From positions 960,001-992,000 of the forward strand of contig NZ_CP007536.1 of the NCBI RefSeq assembly GCF_000698785.1: a DNA stretch of 32,000 nt. The letters run 5' to 3'. Position numbers and translations under genes: made by a program. Each line of letters starts with the position of its first letter. Positions within the stretch are counted from its first letter, which is position 1. Positions 30,573 to 32,000 of this stretch are shown one piece after another. Source of the DNA: Nitrososphaera viennensis EN76 (GTDB lineage Archaea; Thermoproteota; Nitrososphaeria; Nitrososphaerales; Nitrososphaeraceae). The notes beneath the pieces were generated by a model. The model saw only the letters and a program-made list of their open reading frames with translations. It searched no databases and was not told the origin of the DNA.

Positions 30573-31988
30573 CTACTGCATGCCTCCTATTATTGCGGTG
30601 CACCGGACGTGCGGGCCCCCGCCGTCGACCTTGGCCGGCTGGTACTTGCCGCAGTAGCCGGTGCCAATGTCGTACTCGAACTTGCTTCCGACCATGTCTA
30701 TCGACTGCAATACGTCAAACGCGTTGCCCGAGATGCTTGCGCCCCTCATCAGCTCCTTTATTTCGCCGTTTTCAATAAGGTGCGCTTCCTGCGCGCCAAA
30801 CATGAATTCGCCGTTTGCGTCTGCCTGGCCGTTTCTTGCCCCCTTGACGAGATAGCCGTGCCTTGTCTCTTTTACCATCTCGTCAAGCGTGTCGCCACGC
30901 GGCTCGATGTACGTGTTTCTCATACGTATCAGGGGCTCGTCGCTGTAGGTAAACGCGCGTGCGTTGCCGGTCGATGCGGTCCCAAATGCAAACGCAGACT
31001 CGCGGTTGTGCAGGAACGACTTCAGGACGCCCTTTTCGATTATCGCTGTCCTGCCGGCCTCGACTCCCTCGTCGTCGACTCCGATGGTGCCGGCGGCGTT
31101 TTCTGCAATATCAGACCTGCCGCTGTCCACAAGCGTGACAAGGTCGCTTGCCACCTTCTGGCCCAGCCTGTCCTTGACGACAGATCCGGAAAGGACGAAA
31201 TCCGCCTCGACCGTGTGGCCGACTGCCTCGTGGCACAGGAGCCCGACCATACCGGGGTCCAGGATTATCGTCGTCTTTTCGCCTGTCGCGTATTTTGCCT
31301 GGAGGAGTTTGGCCGCCTTTTCTGCTGCCGTCTGCGCGTATTCAAGGTGGCTTTTCTTGAACAGGTCATCCCAGCCGCCCGTTATGCCGATGCCCTCGTT
31401 TGCGGTGACGCTCTGGGCGCCGTCCCTTGCCACCGCGGTGACGTTGAACTCGGGCTTTGAATCAAATATCTCCACTTCTGCGCCGGCGCTGTTTGCGATC
31501 ACCTTGTGGTCCAGTATATCGCGGTAGGCGGCTGACGCAGTCTTGATCACTTTGGCGTGCTTGCGCGCTGCCACCTCGGCCTCCCTTGCGACCCTGACCT
31601 TTTGCTCGATGTCAATCCCCGCAAGGTCGCCTTTTGCCTTTGCCACAAACGTCCCTTTTGCCATCTTTGACTCTGCGAGGCCCTTGACCTTGTTCTTTTT
31701 CGACCTGCCAAGGACGCGGGCCATCGAGACTGCCTGTACAAGCGACTCTTTAAGGTCGCCCTTTGACATGCTTGCAGTGCTTGAAAAGCCCCAGCAGCCG
31801 TCCACCAGGACCCTGATGCCGCAGCCGGCGCTTTCGACCATGCGCACCCGCTCCAGCCGGCCGTTTGCAAAGTTGACTTCAGAGAACGACCGGGCCTGGT
31901 AGCGCGCCTCGACATAGCTTGTGCCCCTTGACGATGACGACGATATGAGCGACCGGAGCATGTCGAGCACTGCCTGCTGTTGCAACAA
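30573..31988 (-). CDS. tldD: TldD family zinc metalloprotease (the 5' end may extend past the window)
   Basis: The HExxxH motif is GLLCHEAVGHTVEAD. GCGIRVLVDGCWGFSST and C-terminal YCGKYQPAKVDGGGPHVRC match the PmbA_TldD fold. The frame is still open at 32000, and the listed start is a TTG. Confidence 0.9.
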   Translation of the reverse strand: MLQQQAVLDMLRSLISSSSSRGTSYVEARYQARSFSEVNFANGRLERVRMVESAGCGIRVLVDGCWGFSSTASMSKGDLKESLVQAVSMARVLGRSKKNKVKGLAESKMAKGTFVAKAKGDLAGIDIEQKVRVAREAEVAARKHAKVIKTASAAYRDILDHKVIANSAGAEVEIFDSKPEFNVTAVARDGAQSVTANEGIGITGGWDDLFKKSHLEYAQTAAEKAAKLLQAKYATGEKTTIILDPGMVGLLCHEAVGHTVEADFVLSGSVVKDRLGQKVASDLVTLVDSGRSDIAENAAGTIGVDDEGVEAGRTAIIEKGVLKSFLHNRESAFAFGTASTGNARAFTYSDEPLIRMRNTYIEPRGDTLDEMVKETRHGYLVKGARNGQADANGEFMFGAQEAHLIENGEIKELMRGASISGNAFDVLQSIDMVGSKFEYDIGTGYCGKYQPAKVDGGGPHVRCTAIIGGMQ

Positions 31989-32000
31989 CGACGACGATGA

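Noticed and set aside
1-32000. Search for CRISPR arrays, rRNA genes, intact transposases/integrases or recognisable defence-system genes
   Set aside because: No regularly spaced direct repeats, no rRNA-like sequence and no ORF with recombinase, nuclease or ATPase defence signatures were seen. The only mobile-element-like signals are the 38-bp TIR element and the tRNA-flanked islet.

Overview
The window looks like chromosomal DNA from an ammonia-oxidising archaeon, probably Nitrososphaera-like (Thaumarchaeota/Nitrososphaerota). The basis is an archaeal-type AmoC, an 11-gene nuoABCDHIJKMLN operon with no nuoEFG, an intron-containing tRNA, isoprenoid-lipid genes (polyprenyl synthase, geranylgeranyl-reductase family) and TATA-box/near-leaderless gene starts.

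Layout:
- 1-5.5 kb: a wHTH protein, small or exported proteins, a same-strand run of class III nucleotidyl cyclase / CBS pair / frameshifted USP / RDD protein, and a convergent secreted discoidin-LysM-3D (murein-type) protein.
- 5.5-12.8 kb: a visibly AT-richer accessory mosaic. It holds many small ORFs (two below the ORF-track cutoff), Cys-rich mini-proteins, tRNA-Met(CAU) with a nearby tRNA 3' fragment repeat, a CADD/PqqC-like di-iron protein, a 326-bp element with perfect 38-bp terminal inverted repeats, tRNA-Glu(UUC) with an apparent D-loop intron, a pair of paralogous ~50-70 aa proteins around a wHTH gene, and a secreted protein with a poly-Asp tail.
- 12.85-13.41 kb: a solitary amoC.
- 13.94-14.80 kb: a polyprenyl (GGPP-type) synthase.
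- 14.95-25.7 kb: the complex I operon on the minus strand.
- 25.7-28.0 kb: a second AT-rich island with two secreted proteins and a nonsense-interrupted ORF.
- 28.0-32.0 kb: a tldD-tldE(pmbA)-GGR-like operon on the minus strand.

Most ORF-track entries antisense or out of frame to these genes are Arg/His/Pro-rich artefacts of GC-rich coding DNA. No CRISPR array, rRNA or intact transposase/integrase was seen. All family assignments come from motif recognition by eye, with no database search.
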